NCBI RefSeq assembly: GCF_009914755.1
Contig: NC_060942.1
Length of the DNA stretch: 64,000 nucleotides
Source of the DNA: the human T2T-CHM13v2.0 reference genome, Homo sapiens
Direction: 5' to 3' (one strand)
The notes under the pieces are model-generated. The model did no database searches and was not told the origin of the DNA. It was given only the letters and a program-made list of their open reading frames with translations. The translations under genes and the position numbers were made by a program. Shown here piece by piece: positions 29,404 to 41,757 of this stretch (the stretch's first letter is position 1; every line of letters begins with the position of its first letter).

Positions 29404-29615
29404 CTGTGTTATCAAAGCTGAGATGCTATCTATTGGAAGACACACCATTAATTTATGTTTTCAAGAGAATAAAAATATATTATCAGTTAATATTTATGTT
29501 TTCAAGAGAATAAAAATATATTATCAGTTAAACTGATTGATCGGAAGTTACATCCTGAATTCAGAGATGTTAAGACACCGGGAGGGAGAGTGTATTTGAG
29601 AACTGAAAAAATGTG
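29404..29615. mobile_element. MER104-like (TcMar-Tc2) relic
   Basis: GATGCTATCTATTGGAAGACACACCATTAATTTATG...CATCCTGAATTCAGAGATGTTAA matches the recalled MER104 consensus. Confidence 0.6.
29451..29531 (+). repeat. Perfect 41-bp-period tandem duplication
   Basis: ATTTATGTTTTCAAGAGAATAAAAATATATTATCAGTTAA at 29451-29490 and 29492-29531. Confidence 0.97.
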
Positions 29616-30577
29616 CTGTATCATTTTGGCTTAGATACTGTCTTATGTTACATGTGATTATAGATGCAGTCGTAACACATTTGAAAATATCTACAACACC
29701 TAATTTCAGAACATTTTCTCTAGTAACTTCTTCTGTGAATTTGACAGCTTCTCCCTCTATTAAGTTTTATCAGCCATGGTAGGGGCACCACGATGGTGTG
29801 GGGTGTGCCGAACTTCTCCTGCGTGTCCAGGGCGTGAATGTCCTGGGCTTCTGGAACCTGTGTCATCTAGCCTGGGCCTGGGGCCTGATGGGCAGTGATG
29901 TGAAGGAGAACCCGTGTTGACCACTCCTCCTTGACCATCAGAGAGGAGGCAGGACTGGGCTCCTGGGCCACAGGGTGCTGGCAACCAGGTGTGATTAGCT
30001 CCAGCGGTGGTGAGCTGGAGAGGGGAACCCAACTCCAGGTTCTGGGGACATGACTGGACCTAGGTCTGATTCCAGCAATTTGAGCCAGCAATCAGCGGGT
30101 GAAAGGCCTCAGAACCAGTTGTATTTTCTAGATATTATTAACTTCAGGATTATTTTCTAGCCATTATTAAATTTAGTATATATACAGGTGCACACACTTG
30201 TATATATACATGCATACTCACACATATATTGACACACACTCTTCACTCTTCCACCCACAGCTTATACACAAGCATACACAACTCACACACACTCAAGCGC
30301 TTGGACCACCAGAACAAAACATCCCGTTTGAAGAGGAAAAAGACCTCTCAGATGTCTGAAGATGGAAGGATATCAGCATAAGAAACGAATCATTCCAGAG
30401 CCCTTTCTTTTTCAGAACTCAAAAAAGCAAATTTTATCTGCTTTGAAGTAAATCCATTTTCTAGGACAAAAGAAGGAAAACCCCTTGATAGCCTAAGAAA
30501 GTTGCTGGTGTGTTGTGGAAAATCTTGGAGCTAGGAAGAGCCTTGGGAATCACACACCTAACACGCAAAATGAACTT

Positions 30578-30622
30578 GCGCGCACACGCACACACACAGG
30601 CACACACACACACACACACACA
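30578..30622. repeat. (CA)n microsatellite with GCGCGC head
   Basis: GCGCGCACACGCACACACACAGGCACACACACACACACACACACA. Confidence 0.95.
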
Positions 30623-31211
30623 TCCCACAACTCACTCACAAACTTGCAATCCAATCCAAGACAGCCTGCAGATTTCTTTCTCTTGATAAAGAAACAATGC
30701 ATTTTTTTTCTTCGTGTACAAACCTAAAAGCACGGTGGTAATTACAAAATTATCAATCCCAGTTCAAGATATTTTTCTTGTTAACCATAATATGACAAGG
30801 ACGCTTACATGGAAATAGAAATAGATTTTTAAGGAAAGCCTTGCTTGCATTTTTTGCTTTGGCAAACGACTTGTGTTTACTTGTTTTCTGCATTCATGCC
30901 TGAGAATGAAACGTTTCTCTCAAAGGCCAAGCCAGAAACAATCTCAGCCCTTGATGCTGTGCCCCTGGTGAGACCTCGGCCATGTGCAGAAAGGCCCACA
31001 ACTGACCGCTGGGAGGCCCAGGCTGTGGCAGGGGAAGGCCATCCTGGAGGAGTCAACCCCGGTGAGAGGGCAAGCCTCCACGTGGCCGTGCCTAGGAATA
31101 ATGCCATGAAGCAGGCATGCAGCCCTGTGGCGGAGCCACTAGTTTTTCACCCACCAACACTGATTATCCATGTTGCTGATGAAATCCATCCCTAGGCCCG
31201 AAGAAATCCTT

Positions 31212-31280
31212 GGGAGTTTGGGGTGGTGTGGGTGGGGTGGGGAGGAGGGCAGGATTCGGGTGTGGGGTTCGGGCTGAGGG
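31212..31280 (+). other. Potential G-quadruplex cluster
   Basis: About ten runs of 3 or more G separated by short loops. Confidence 0.6.
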
Positions 31281-31409
31281 ACAAGGTGAGCCTTCTGGAC
31301 GCTCATGATTGTCGGACACAGTCACCTGGTCCACTTACGCATCCCCAGGCAGGAGGGGCCCACGAGGACTGTGGGCCGGAGCCTGTATCTGCCTTTATCC
31401 TTGGGTTCC

Positions 31410-31560
31410 TGAACTTCCCTGAACTCTGGAAGCACCTGGGGTGTAAATAGAAAATCCTGGACAATGCCTCCAGAGCTTTTGATTCAGCAAGTCTCACATT
31501 TTTAATAAACACAGTACATGATACATGATTCTGGTATAGTTGGTCTGGTTTTCAAATTTG
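31410..31560. mobile_element. MER5-like relic
   Basis: GAAGCACCTGGGG...AATCCTGGAC...CCTCCAGAGCTTTTGATTCAGCAAGTCT...ATTTTTAATAAAC. Confidence 0.45.
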
Positions 31561-32178
31561 AGCTATTTCCTTACCTAGAAGGAATTCCTCAAGGAAACAA
31601 GAAAAGAAAGTAGGTAGAATACAAATTGTTCAACTTTTTTCCTTGTTACAAATCTGAAAAGGCAAGTGATATATTTAGCTCTAGGTTGGTTTTAATTCCT
31701 GATGATTTTCCTCTCCCATTCATCTCTGGCTAATGCGTCTGTACTAAATTGATCAATATCATCCTTTATTTGCCTTTGTGTTTATATTGAGCCTCATTCC
31801 AGAAAGAATTTAAAAGCCTTTTACAAACCATATTGTATATGAGCTGAAATAAAGTTTACAAAAGGGATTGGGAAAATATGTACTCTAAGGTAAAGCTGCT
31901 CAGCTTCAGTAAAGCTGTCCATCATAAAGTAGAAACATTTGTCACATAACTCTAATACTTCACTACTTCATAAAATGGGGACCCTAAGTATCCTTTGTAA
32001 TCATTTCACAGCATCAATGTTACCGAAATGTTCTAAAAACTTTCAAAATTCAAAAAATAACTTTTGATAGAGAACTAATATTATCAGTGCAAAAGGCTGG
32101 AAAAAATAAAGATAAGTATAAATGATTGAAGACATGAACTGTAATATTTATGTGTGCTTCCTTCAATATAGATATACA

Positions 32179-32509
32179 TAGTCATCCCTTCGTATCCGTG
32201 GGTGATTGGTTGCTGGAGCCACCTTGGGTACCAAAATCTGTGGATGTTCAAATCCCTAATATAAAATGTATTTGCATATAACCTACAAACCTTCTCCCAT
32301 ATACTTTAAATCATCTCTAGATTACTTATAATATCTAATACAATGCCCACACATCGCTTGACTCTCACGGATTTAACATGGTACTCGGCACGTGGTAAGT
32401 TGAAGTTTTGCTTTTTGGAACTTTGAGGAATATTTTTCTTCTAAAAACTTTTGATTCCTGTTTGGTTGAATCCATAAATGTGGAGCTCATGAATGCAGAG
32501 GGCCAACTG
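32179..32509 (+). mobile_element. MER2B-like Tigger MITE
   Basis: TAGTCATCCCTTCGTATCCGTGGG...TACTTTAAATCATCTCTAGATTACTTATAAT...GAGGGCCAACTG; terminal inverted repeats present. Confidence 0.88.
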
Positions 32510-32589
32510 AACATGGATATGCATATCTGTATCCATAAAGACTGGATGGATGGACCACAGTGGGAATTATGTTAAAATAAGGTCCTTTG

Positions 32590-32882
32590 TTTTCAGTTCT
32601 GCTTTATATGCAGTGTCCAGAATAGGCAAATTTGCAGAGAAAGTAGATTAATGTTTGCCTGGGAGTGAGGAGTGGGAAGGGGAGGGGAGAGGGGTTGAGG
32701 AGTGACTGCCAAGGGGCAAAAGTTTCCTTTTAGGAAAATGTTTAGGATAAATTGTTCTAAAACTAGATTATTGGGATGATTGAGCAACTCTGTGAATTTA
32801 CTAAAAACCATTAAATTACACACTTTAAATGGGTGAACTATATAGTGTGAATTACATATCAATTCTGCTAAAGCTGTTAAAC
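32590..32882 (+). mobile_element. Old L1 (L1MB/ME) 3' end
   Basis: GTCCAGAATAGGCAAAT...AAAGTAGATTAATGTTTGCCTGGG...CACTTTAAATGGGTGAACTATATAGTGTGAATTACATATCAAT. Confidence 0.85.
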
Positions 32883-33142
32883 ATATTTTAGCCAGCGACA
32901 TACCAAGATGTCATAAAATAAATTCCATATTTTCTTAGCAATTTTCTTCCATTACTTTGAAACATAAAATAAAAATCAATTTATGTTCGTTCATTATATA
33001 AATTGTGAATGTGTAAGGGTGATCACTTTGCTCCACCTGGAAACCTTACAAAGTATTTTAACACAATGATGTACGTCCTTGGGGGCTGGGGGGAGACTTT
33101 TCCTGGATTTTAACACACGTAGCAACAACAGATATGGACAGG

Positions 33143-33240
33143 TTCATTCATTCATTCATTCATTCATTCAGGATTGAGTGCCTTCCGTTTGCCAAGCCCT
33201 GTCTAGATGCTGATGGAAGTGCTGCCTTCACTGAGATTAT
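33143..33240 (-). mobile_element. L2 3' end with (TTCA)n tail
   Basis: (TTCA)7 followed by GGATTGAGTGCCTTCCGTTTGCCAAGCCCTG. Confidence 0.7.
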
Positions 33241-35371
33241 GGGGGTCACAGTCACAGCCCTGGTGGGACACAAGCATGTCTCTTCAGCTTTTCTTCTTCT
33301 ACTTACCAATAAAATAATTTGTTAAATAAAATATGAAAGGCCTGTTTGAAAGAAAATAAATTAGGCAGGCATAGATTCCTAGAATTTCACACTTTTTAAG
33401 GTCTATAGCAGTTTTTAAAAACTCAACCATTTTACAAACAAAGGAATTAAACCATGGGAGTTCAGTGATTTGACCAAGGAAATGAGCCTGTAGCAAAATG
33501 AAAACTTCTAAAAGCCACAAACTTATGTATACAACAAGGCAAAAAAAATCATTTTTGTCTCTCGAGGCATATTTATAAGGCAGACCTTCTGGGAGGGTCC
33601 CAATTATACGCACTTTCATTCTTTTCCAAAAGGCCATTTAAAACATATAAGTATATAGATCTATTTTTATTCCTTTGTTCAGGGTTAGAAAACATAAATT
33701 CCTAAGTCCAAAGTGATGGGTGTTTTAAAGCATGCTTTTGATTCCTTTGTCAGGCTGTATTGTGGGTTTATGAAATACTGTCACCAAAGCCACATTCTTT
33801 TAAAAAAGAGTAGGTGGTTGTGGCTTTGGAGCCCCTGTCCCTTGCCCCTGCCAATGTCATTAACGGACTAAGCCCGAACCTCTGCTTTACTCAAAAACTT
33901 TAATCACTCCCTGTGTTTCTCAGCCCCTTCATTATTACCAGCAATTAAACTTCAGAAGTAACGTCATCTTTTTGACATCTGGAAGATATTACTACAAGTC
34001 TCCTTTCTCTCCCACCAAACCCCACTCAGAGCCTGAGCGGAGACCCTAAGGTTGGGGTCTGTGAGGGGAGACTGGGGTCAGCACAGGGGGCTGCCTCAGC
34101 TGAGTCCCAGGTCACTCCATGCGTGACTCAAGATGAGGCATCCAGCCCCTAGGGTCTCAGGGCCCCACCTGTAAGCTCTCGCCTGTGAAGGGACAGATTC
34201 TGCTCTCTGTGTTTCTCAATCTGACACTTTTAAACTCGGGGGTATATGAAGGCGCAAAGGAATTCAGAGAACATCAAATATCCTTCCTGCAAAGTCATTA
34301 TTTGATAGAAATGTAATACGTAGTCTAAGTGTCTTACATGTGAAAGTTTCGGGTTCAGCCCAGAGCCTCCTGGGGCGCCCTGCCCTGTGGCCACCCCGGG
34401 CACCTTAGTGGATTGCTTTGGGAGCGCTGCAATGGTGCAAGGCCTCCTCAGCAATAAAGTTTGAAGACGCTATGAAGAAAGGATAAAACTTTTACAGAGG
34501 CCTTAAAGAAGGTCTTCATTTCATAAATGAACAATTGCCCAGAGAAACTTACAGGCAAGAGTAGCCCTTTTATCTAAACTGAGATCTGGATTTCAATCCA
34601 AGGGATATTTAGTGTGAATGACAAAGGAGCCTCTGCCGCCCTTTCCAGGCTGTGTCTTCTCAGCAGTCTGAGGGCAGATTCTCTGCAGCTCCCCTGAGCC
34701 GAGCCACCAGGAGTTGACAGTCCCAGAGAGGCCTGGGGGAGGCTTTGTGGGTGTCTGGACATAGGGCTTTTCCAGTGCGGGCTGCATTCCTTCCCATTCC
34801 AGGGGTCCCTGGCACCTCAGCTCAAGCTGCGCGGTATGGACAGTCTCCCTGGGTAGCTGACGTGTGGATCTGGTATGTTTTTATCGGAAAGGGGAGCAAA
34901 TACTGCCAGAACAGCAACCAGCCAGTTTTTGAAGCTGGCTACTGTCTTAGGGAGGATGGAGAACGCTGGGGAGAGAGAGGATCCCACAGTAGGAAATGAA
35001 GGAGAGGTGAGGCTAGCAGGCCCAGTCCTCCGAACTCAGGACGAGCTCTCCTGGGAAGAGGATGAAGGTGTGTGCCCCCACACCGGGCAGTCCTCGGAGA
35101 GGAGGGGTCAGCATGGACTCTGTCTCCGCCACTACCTGCTGCTACAAGTACTGGAAACACCTTGAGGTGGAATTCCATTCTCTTTCTCTTTCATTTGTGC
35201 GTTTTCATTCCTTCGTTTTGTACTTCAGTCTACGCATGGTTTCTCTGCCTGTAAACTTTGCTATGACAATAATACATGTCATTGTTCCTCCATTTTTCAC
35301 AGTGCTTTTCCTATATTGATGGCAAATGCTTTGTGACTATTTTTAGTGACCTCATCCTACTCCATCATATG

Positions 35372-35846
35372 CCATGGTATTTTACACTCAAAGATGTTCA
35401 CAACAATTTCTCATTCCTTTGCAATGAGACTTTGGCACTCCTCCCTTCAACAGGGGGTGTCTATTCTCCCACCCTTTGAATCTGGGCTGCCTCGTAACTA
35501 GCTCTAAATAACAGAATGTACTGGAAGTGATGCTATGAGATTTCCAGTGCTAGGCCTCAAGAAACCCTGTTGTCGTGCCCTGACAGCCGAGCCTCCTGGA
35601 GGATGGGCAACTGCAGGGAGGAGAGCGGAGAGGCAGCACAGCTGTCAGGCATGTGAGAGGGGTCTCCTGGGACCCTCCAGCCCATCTCACCCTCCAGCTG
35701 CATGGAGCCCATGAGTGAGCCTGGTGACACAAGGCCGAGAAGTCACCCAGCCAAGTCACAGAACTGTGAGAAACAGTAAACTGCTGTTGTTTGAAGCCAA
35801 TACGTTTTAGGGGTAGTTTGGTGTGTAGAAAAAGCTAACTGAAACT
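35372..35846 (+). mobile_element. MLT1 (F/G/H-like) MaLR LTR
   Basis: CCCTTTGAATCTGGGCTG...ACAGAATGTACTGGAAGTGATGCT...TTGTTTGAAGCCAATACGTTTTAGGGG...GCTAACTGAAAC. Confidence 0.8.
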
Positions 35847-36074
35847 AATGGAAAAATTGTGAATTCAACAAATTTATAATTCCACCCTACCTAACCCTAG
35901 GGAGTATTTATCCCTAGTAGCCGGCTGAATTTAGGAATTTATCTGATAGTGACAAAATGGGTGGAGAGACTTAAAGAAGAGAAGATTGTAAGACACAAGC
36001 TCTCGAGGTGGCTGCTCACCGAATTCTTGAAAAGTGCAAGCTCACACATGGTAACAAGCTAGGTGGTGTTCAAG

Positions 36075-36270
36075 GGCGTCAGTGTTGGCACCAGCCAGAC
36101 ATGAGTTTCACTCCTATCTCTGCCACTTATTTAGTTAGCTGCATGACCTCTAAATCTCTCAACTTGGTGATCTTTAAAATAGAAATAATAATATCAAACT
36201 AGGGTGCTGTTGTGAGGATTAAATGGGAGTATATAGGAAATACTCAGCCTGGTTTCTGGCACACAGCACT
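36075..36270 (+). mobile_element. MIR
   Basis: CTCTGCCACTTATTTAGTTAGCTGCATGACCT...GGGTGCTGTTGTGAGGATTAAATG...CTGGCACACAG. Confidence 0.7.
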
Positions 36271-36444
36271 CCCTGTCACCAGGCACCTCGCCCAGGGTCC
36301 TATGGGCAGTGGGTGAGGGCTGTTGTTGTCCCTGTCCCTGTCTGACTTCGAATTGTATGCTCTTTCAGCTGCACTTTGTCCTTAACCCCTGAGGCTCAGC
36401 CTGGAAAGCAATGAGATATACTTATTCCATGTGTATGCTCATAA

Positions 36445-37020
36445 TTATTGATTCAGTGAATTTTAACTGAATGCCTGCTGAGTGCCAGGGATCAAGCTCT
36501 GCTCCAGGATGATGTAGCCAGGCAACATGCTATGGTGTTCTGTCGGGGGAGACAGATGATAGGAGATAAATCTCATTATACTCCACAATTAGTGCTGGCA
36601 GGAACAGGACCAGGCCCTCGGGAGGTGAGGAGGAGGAGGCCCGACCTTGACCAGGTGCAGGGACAATTGAAGGAAGCTTCCTGGGGAGGTAACACTTGAA
36701 CCAGGTAAATAGGAGTTAACTAGGTAAAAAGATGTGTGTGCATGGCAGGGGTTGGGGGGAATCATGGACTATTCTGGGCATAAGGACAACAAGGTTGAAG
36801 GTCCTAAAGCCAGGAAGAATACAGGCCTGCCTTCTGTGGAGGCCCCAGTAGAGAATGCAGCTGGAAGATGAAGCAAGGATGAGGCTGGCCTCCAGGGAGA
36901 CAGCAGAGGGAGCAGGGCCAGAGCATCCAGGCTTCAGGGCCCCACTCAGTACTCAAGTCTTTATCTTAAGTAGGAGGGCAGCCATTGAGGGATTCTAAGT
37001 AGGCGAGTACCATAAACAAA
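36445..37020 (-). mobile_element. L2 fragment
   Basis: ATTGATTCAGTGAATTTTAACTGAATGCCTGCTGAGTGCCAGG...GGAAGCTTCCTGGGGAGGTAACACTTGAA...GCAGCCATTGAGGGATTCTAAG. Confidence 0.65.
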
Positions 37021-40000
37021 AGGAGAGTGTCTTGGGATGGCTGCCCTCCATCCTTCAAGAAACGTCTACTAGAGATGTTGGCCATGGTCTTGGGAGATGG
37101 GAAGTATTCCGACTCACGCCAAGGCCGTCATGCTACTCTTGCACTTAGTAGGCACAGAATAAGAATTTGTTGAACAAAAGAATGGATAAATAAACGACTC
37201 TTCAGTGGTAAGCTTTTAAACACCTTGGTGGGCTATGATGGAAAGAATCCGGAGGGACTCTAAGTATGCCTTCTCAAATTATACCAAGAAGGGGCAATTT
37301 AGGCAGCCTTTGATCAGAGAAGGACCTGGGGTGCCAGAGGCAGTAAGAGAAAGGGACTATCTTAAGGCCAGAGCCCCCAAACTCTACCAAAAAGCATGTA
37401 AGCTTTTCTTTTCATTATTTTCCGCTTTTCTCTAGTTTCTCTATTTTGCAAATTATCGGTTAAGTCTCCTTTCAACATCTGTTTATAAGGTGCTTAGAAA
37501 TTCTGAAATGAAAGTCATTGTGAAAATGCTGGAAGCTGTTGTCTTCTCCTCTTTGTTTAATGTCTTCTGATTCTTTATCCAACCCTGACCCAATCTTCTC
37601 TAATGTGGATCACTGTCATTTAAAAGAACCATCTATTGCTTAAAAATAGAAAGAGGTAAACTATGCTGTTTTGGTGCCAATTCTCCTAAACACAAGTCAC
37701 TGCTGAGCAATAAAGGAAAGGAGCTTTTCCGAACATCTTTTGTATGTCTCCCTTAGAGAAACCCCACTTTTCCTTGCTTCCCTATGAGATCAAATGTACA
37801 GACAGAGAAATATGCAGATAGACATTGCGGGGAGAAAATCAGGAGAAGAAACCCACTAAAAATAAACACAGCTCTTTCTACCATATATTTTTAAAGATTC
37901 ATCCATGTAATTCAAGCTCAGTCATTTAGAAGCAGCCCTGCTTGATACCACATGGCATTAAAATCCAGCTGCTGTGAAATGAGTCACCCTGTAAGAGCAG
38001 GTTGGACTGCAGGCTATGTCAGAAGACACTTACATTCCTCTCTGAAATCTACTCTTTTGATAATGAAAGGGGTGAAGAGTTTAGAGTCACCATTTATGAT
38101 GTCCTGGAATGTTCTCTTAAAGGAAGAGAAAAGATCCTTCAAAAATGCACTTGAGGATTCAAAGACAAGGACACGGGGACAGGGAGACTATAAAATTGCC
38201 TCTTCTGGGATAACAAGGGGCTGAGTAGCCTTCTCCTTTACTTGGTGACTTAACGTTGAAAAGAAAAAGAAAAAGAAAGCTTTATTTCAGCATTAGGCAC
38301 ATGGTTGGCATTCACCATGTGTTTATTAATAATAATGACTTATCTGTGCCAAAATCCCTTTAGAGCAAATTGTCTCACATCCAAATCCCAGAGTGAGCCA
38401 AAGGATTTCAATGCCCTAGCAGGAAGCTGGAAGGCTCTGGAACAATTCACTCATAGCAAACTCCAGCCCACACCATAGAGCATTTTCTCTCAGACACTCA
38501 GCCCCACCTCCACCCATACCCCACAGCTAGTGGGGCGACCCCTGTATTTCTTTAGTTTGTAAAGGGAAGTCACTTTTTCTCACCTATACCAGGCTTTCTG
38601 CATTTCCTTCACAAGACAAACAAGGTTCTCCCTTTGTTCTTCCTTCTGAGAGTATGAACAAAGATAGCCTTCATAAAAGAGGAAATTGTAGCAGTGTCCC
38701 CATGACCCAATGGTGATGAGAATGCTGGGTGACTTCCCTGTGCCTGTTCTTCTGTGAGAGTGCTCAGTACCCCCCTACAGGGCCATTTCCAATCCCTCTT
38801 CCCTGGAGTAAGCAGGACATTCACTTACTTCCAGCCATGACTATTTTAGTGAGTGCCCATGACTTTGGAATAATGTAGTCACCCAACACATTTTTCAAAG
38901 TTTGCAGATGAGCAAATCTAGGCCACAAATTTCTCTACTTTTTTTTGTCTCTCAAAGATAAATACAAGATGATAGGTGCTGGGCTTGGTGAGGATGAGTG
39001 CTATTCATCATGGATAAGATTTGGACTCAACTTGTGGAACTTGGCTCAAACTGCTCCCTGCTCCTTCCTTGAGTAGCAAACCCAACTTCTTATCCAAAAG
39101 GAGCAGATTCTTATTGTCACTCGGATTGCCAGACCATAATGGATTTTTCCAACTTCAATGCATTTTCTACCCCAAACACATTTGCTCTCATGAACACATA
39201 CAGCTGTCCACAGCACCCTAACTCTAAGCAGTTTCAATTGCCAACATTTGTCAAAATGGGAGAGGCTGTGTCTGTTTTCTTCATAGGTACAATAGAGAAA
39301 AAGTTTGCTTTGTTTTTGTAATTGTCATTTAAATATATTTTCAATGATGGCAATTTTACTGAGCTTTGTTGTGTATTACACACTTAGGATAAATGTGTCA
39401 GTAACAGCCAAGGAGAAAGGAATTGCATTTTTTTACAGATGGCGTTCAATTTATTTCCAGTAAGAGCATGGCTCCATCTCCCTAATACCATCAAAAAATT
39501 TATTCAACAAATTAGGCCCTCAATATGGGCCAGACACTATGCTATAACCCTTGAGACACAAAAGTGAGCAACCAATATGCAGTTCCTGCCCTCAGAAAGC
39601 TTACAGTCAGCCTCATAGCAAAGATAGCCCAGGAAAGTAGGAATAAAATGCAATTTCAGTGTTCCGATTCTAAATCTGGATGTTGGCTACACAAGTGTGT
39701 TCTATTTGGGAAAATTAAAAACCCGTACACTTACTTAAATATACTTGTCTCTATGTGAGTGAAGATTATATATAATCTTATCTAAAAAGGTAAAGATACT
39801 TCTTAAATCTAGTGTATACAATAGAAGCGGCCATTTTTCCAGTCTCAAAAATTCATTCCCCTAAAAAACCCACCATCCAGGGTAGGGGATGATAAACACA
39901 CAGAAAGGAAAATATGAATAAGATAAAGAGATTTATGTGCAGCTAAAATTACCATTCATAATAGGCATGAACGTAAAAAAATACATAAAGGTGAGAATTT

Positions 40001-40768
40001 CCTAGATGAAATTATAAGGTGCTTAAGAGATTGTAGTCAATTGAACCGTTTTAAGAGGAGTGCATCTGAAAGTAAGGCATTCTAGGGCTGCAGGAATACA
40101 CAACAGGGAGTGAGTGTCTGGTGCTGGGCAGATTTCTGCTCTTCAAGAGAAGCGACTGGACAGCAATGTATCTGGTGCTGAGGCCAGCCTGGCCAGAATA
40201 ACCAGGTGAGTCCAAGCAAAGCATCTGGGATCCTGCCATGGTTTAGGAAAGTATTAGAACCTCAAAATTGAGGCCAAAGGCCATGGAGAGGTAAGAAGTA
40301 CCCAGGTGGCTGAACAGGTGCTGAAGTGTTTGTGGGAGGTCTTTCTGTTTATGATGAGGTCCCAGCCGGAGACTGCAACGAAAAAAGGAGTAGTGGCTGC
40401 ATAGGACCAGTTAAAAAAAAGAGCAAAAGGGTTACGAAAAGGCTAAGTAAAGAGGAAACTAAATGGGAGAGGACCAAGGAAGTAAAGCCCAGGTAGATTA
40501 CAGAAAAACAATTAAGCTGAAACTCACTCTGGGACGTCAAGGCATCCCATTGATAGAGGGGCCCAGATAGAGGGGCAGGGCTTGAATTTATGCTCCCACC
40601 TAAAACAATCAAAATACTGAGAAAAGCATTTGAAACAACAGTTTTCAGGCATTGCACAAGAGGCAGGAAAGGGTAATCCCTGAGATATGAGAAATGGCAT
40701 ATACAAACCGACTATGGCCAGACTGCATGGAAACATAGAACTCTGACACACAACTGGCAAAGCCAGCC

Positions 40769-41355
40769 CAGGAATTCAGACTACCACCTGCAGTGAGGAG
40801 CCCAGGAAGCCAACCCACTGTCTATAGTAACCAATGCAGAAAGCCACCCACTGTTTACAGTAACCAGTTCAGGAAGCCAGTCCACCCGCTGCAGTAACCA
40901 ATGCAAAAAGCCAACCCACTGTCTACAGTAACCAGTTTAGGAAGCCAACTCACAATCTGCAATAACCAATGAAGAAAGCCACCCAGTGTCTAAAGTAACC
41001 AGTTCAGGAAGCCAATCCACCCTCTGCAGCAACCAATGCAGAAAGCCACCTACTGTCAACAGTAACCAGCCCAGGAAGTCACACTACCATCTACAGTAAC
41101 CAGTGCAGGAAGCCAACCCACCATCTACAGTAACCAGCCCAGGAAGTCACACTACCATCTACAGTAACCAGTGCAGGAAGCCAACCCACCATCTACAGTA
41201 ACCAGCCCAGGAAATCACACTACCATCTACAGTAACCAGTTCAGGAAGCCAAACTATGATCTACAGTAACTGGCCCAGGAAGCCAACCCACCATCTATAG
41301 CAACAAGCCCAGGAAGCCAGGCTATGATCCCTAGCCACCATTCCAGGAAGCCAGC
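40769..41355 (+). repeat. 34-bp minisatellite, 17 units plus a partial unit, with dimeric higher-order structure
   Basis: Consensus CAGGAAGCCAACCCACCATCTACAGTAACCAGCC; unit starts at 40769, 40803, 40837, 40870, 40904, 40938, 40972, 41005, 41039, 41072, 41106, 41140, 41174, 41208, 41242, 41276, 41310, 41344. Confidence 0.96.
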
Positions 41356-41364
41356 CAATAACCT

Positions 41365-41757
41365 TGGTGTGGTTTGGACCTGCTTCCCCACCCAAATCTC
41401 ATGTCAAATTGTAATCCCCAGTGTTGGAGGTGGGGCCTGGTGGGAGGTGATTGAATTAGGAGGGTGGATTTTCCCCTTGGTACTATGTCACAGTAGTGAG
41501 TGAGTTCTCACAAGATCTGGTTGGTTAAAAGTGTGTGGCACTCCACCACCTCTCTTGCTCCTGCTCTGGTCATGTAAGACGTGCCTGCTTCCTTCCCCTT
41601 CACCATCTGCCATGATTAGAAGCTTCCTGAGGCCTCCCCAGTATCAGAATCGGTATGCTTCCTGTACAGCCTGCAACCATGAGCCAATTAAACCCCTTTT
41701 CTTTATAAATTATCCAGTCTTAGGTATTTCTTTATAGCAATGTGAAAGCAGACTACA
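41365..41757 (+). mobile_element. MSTA/B MaLR solo LTR
   Basis: TG...CA ends; CCCAAATCTCATGTCAAATTGTAATCCCCAGTGTTGGAGGTGGGGCCTGG; perfect 5-bp TSD AACCT (41360-41364, 41758-41762). Confidence 0.95.

Noticed and set aside
40769-41355. CRISPR-like periodic array
   Set aside because: Units are contiguous tandem copies with no unique spacers, there are no cas genes, and the context is a mammalian LTR.
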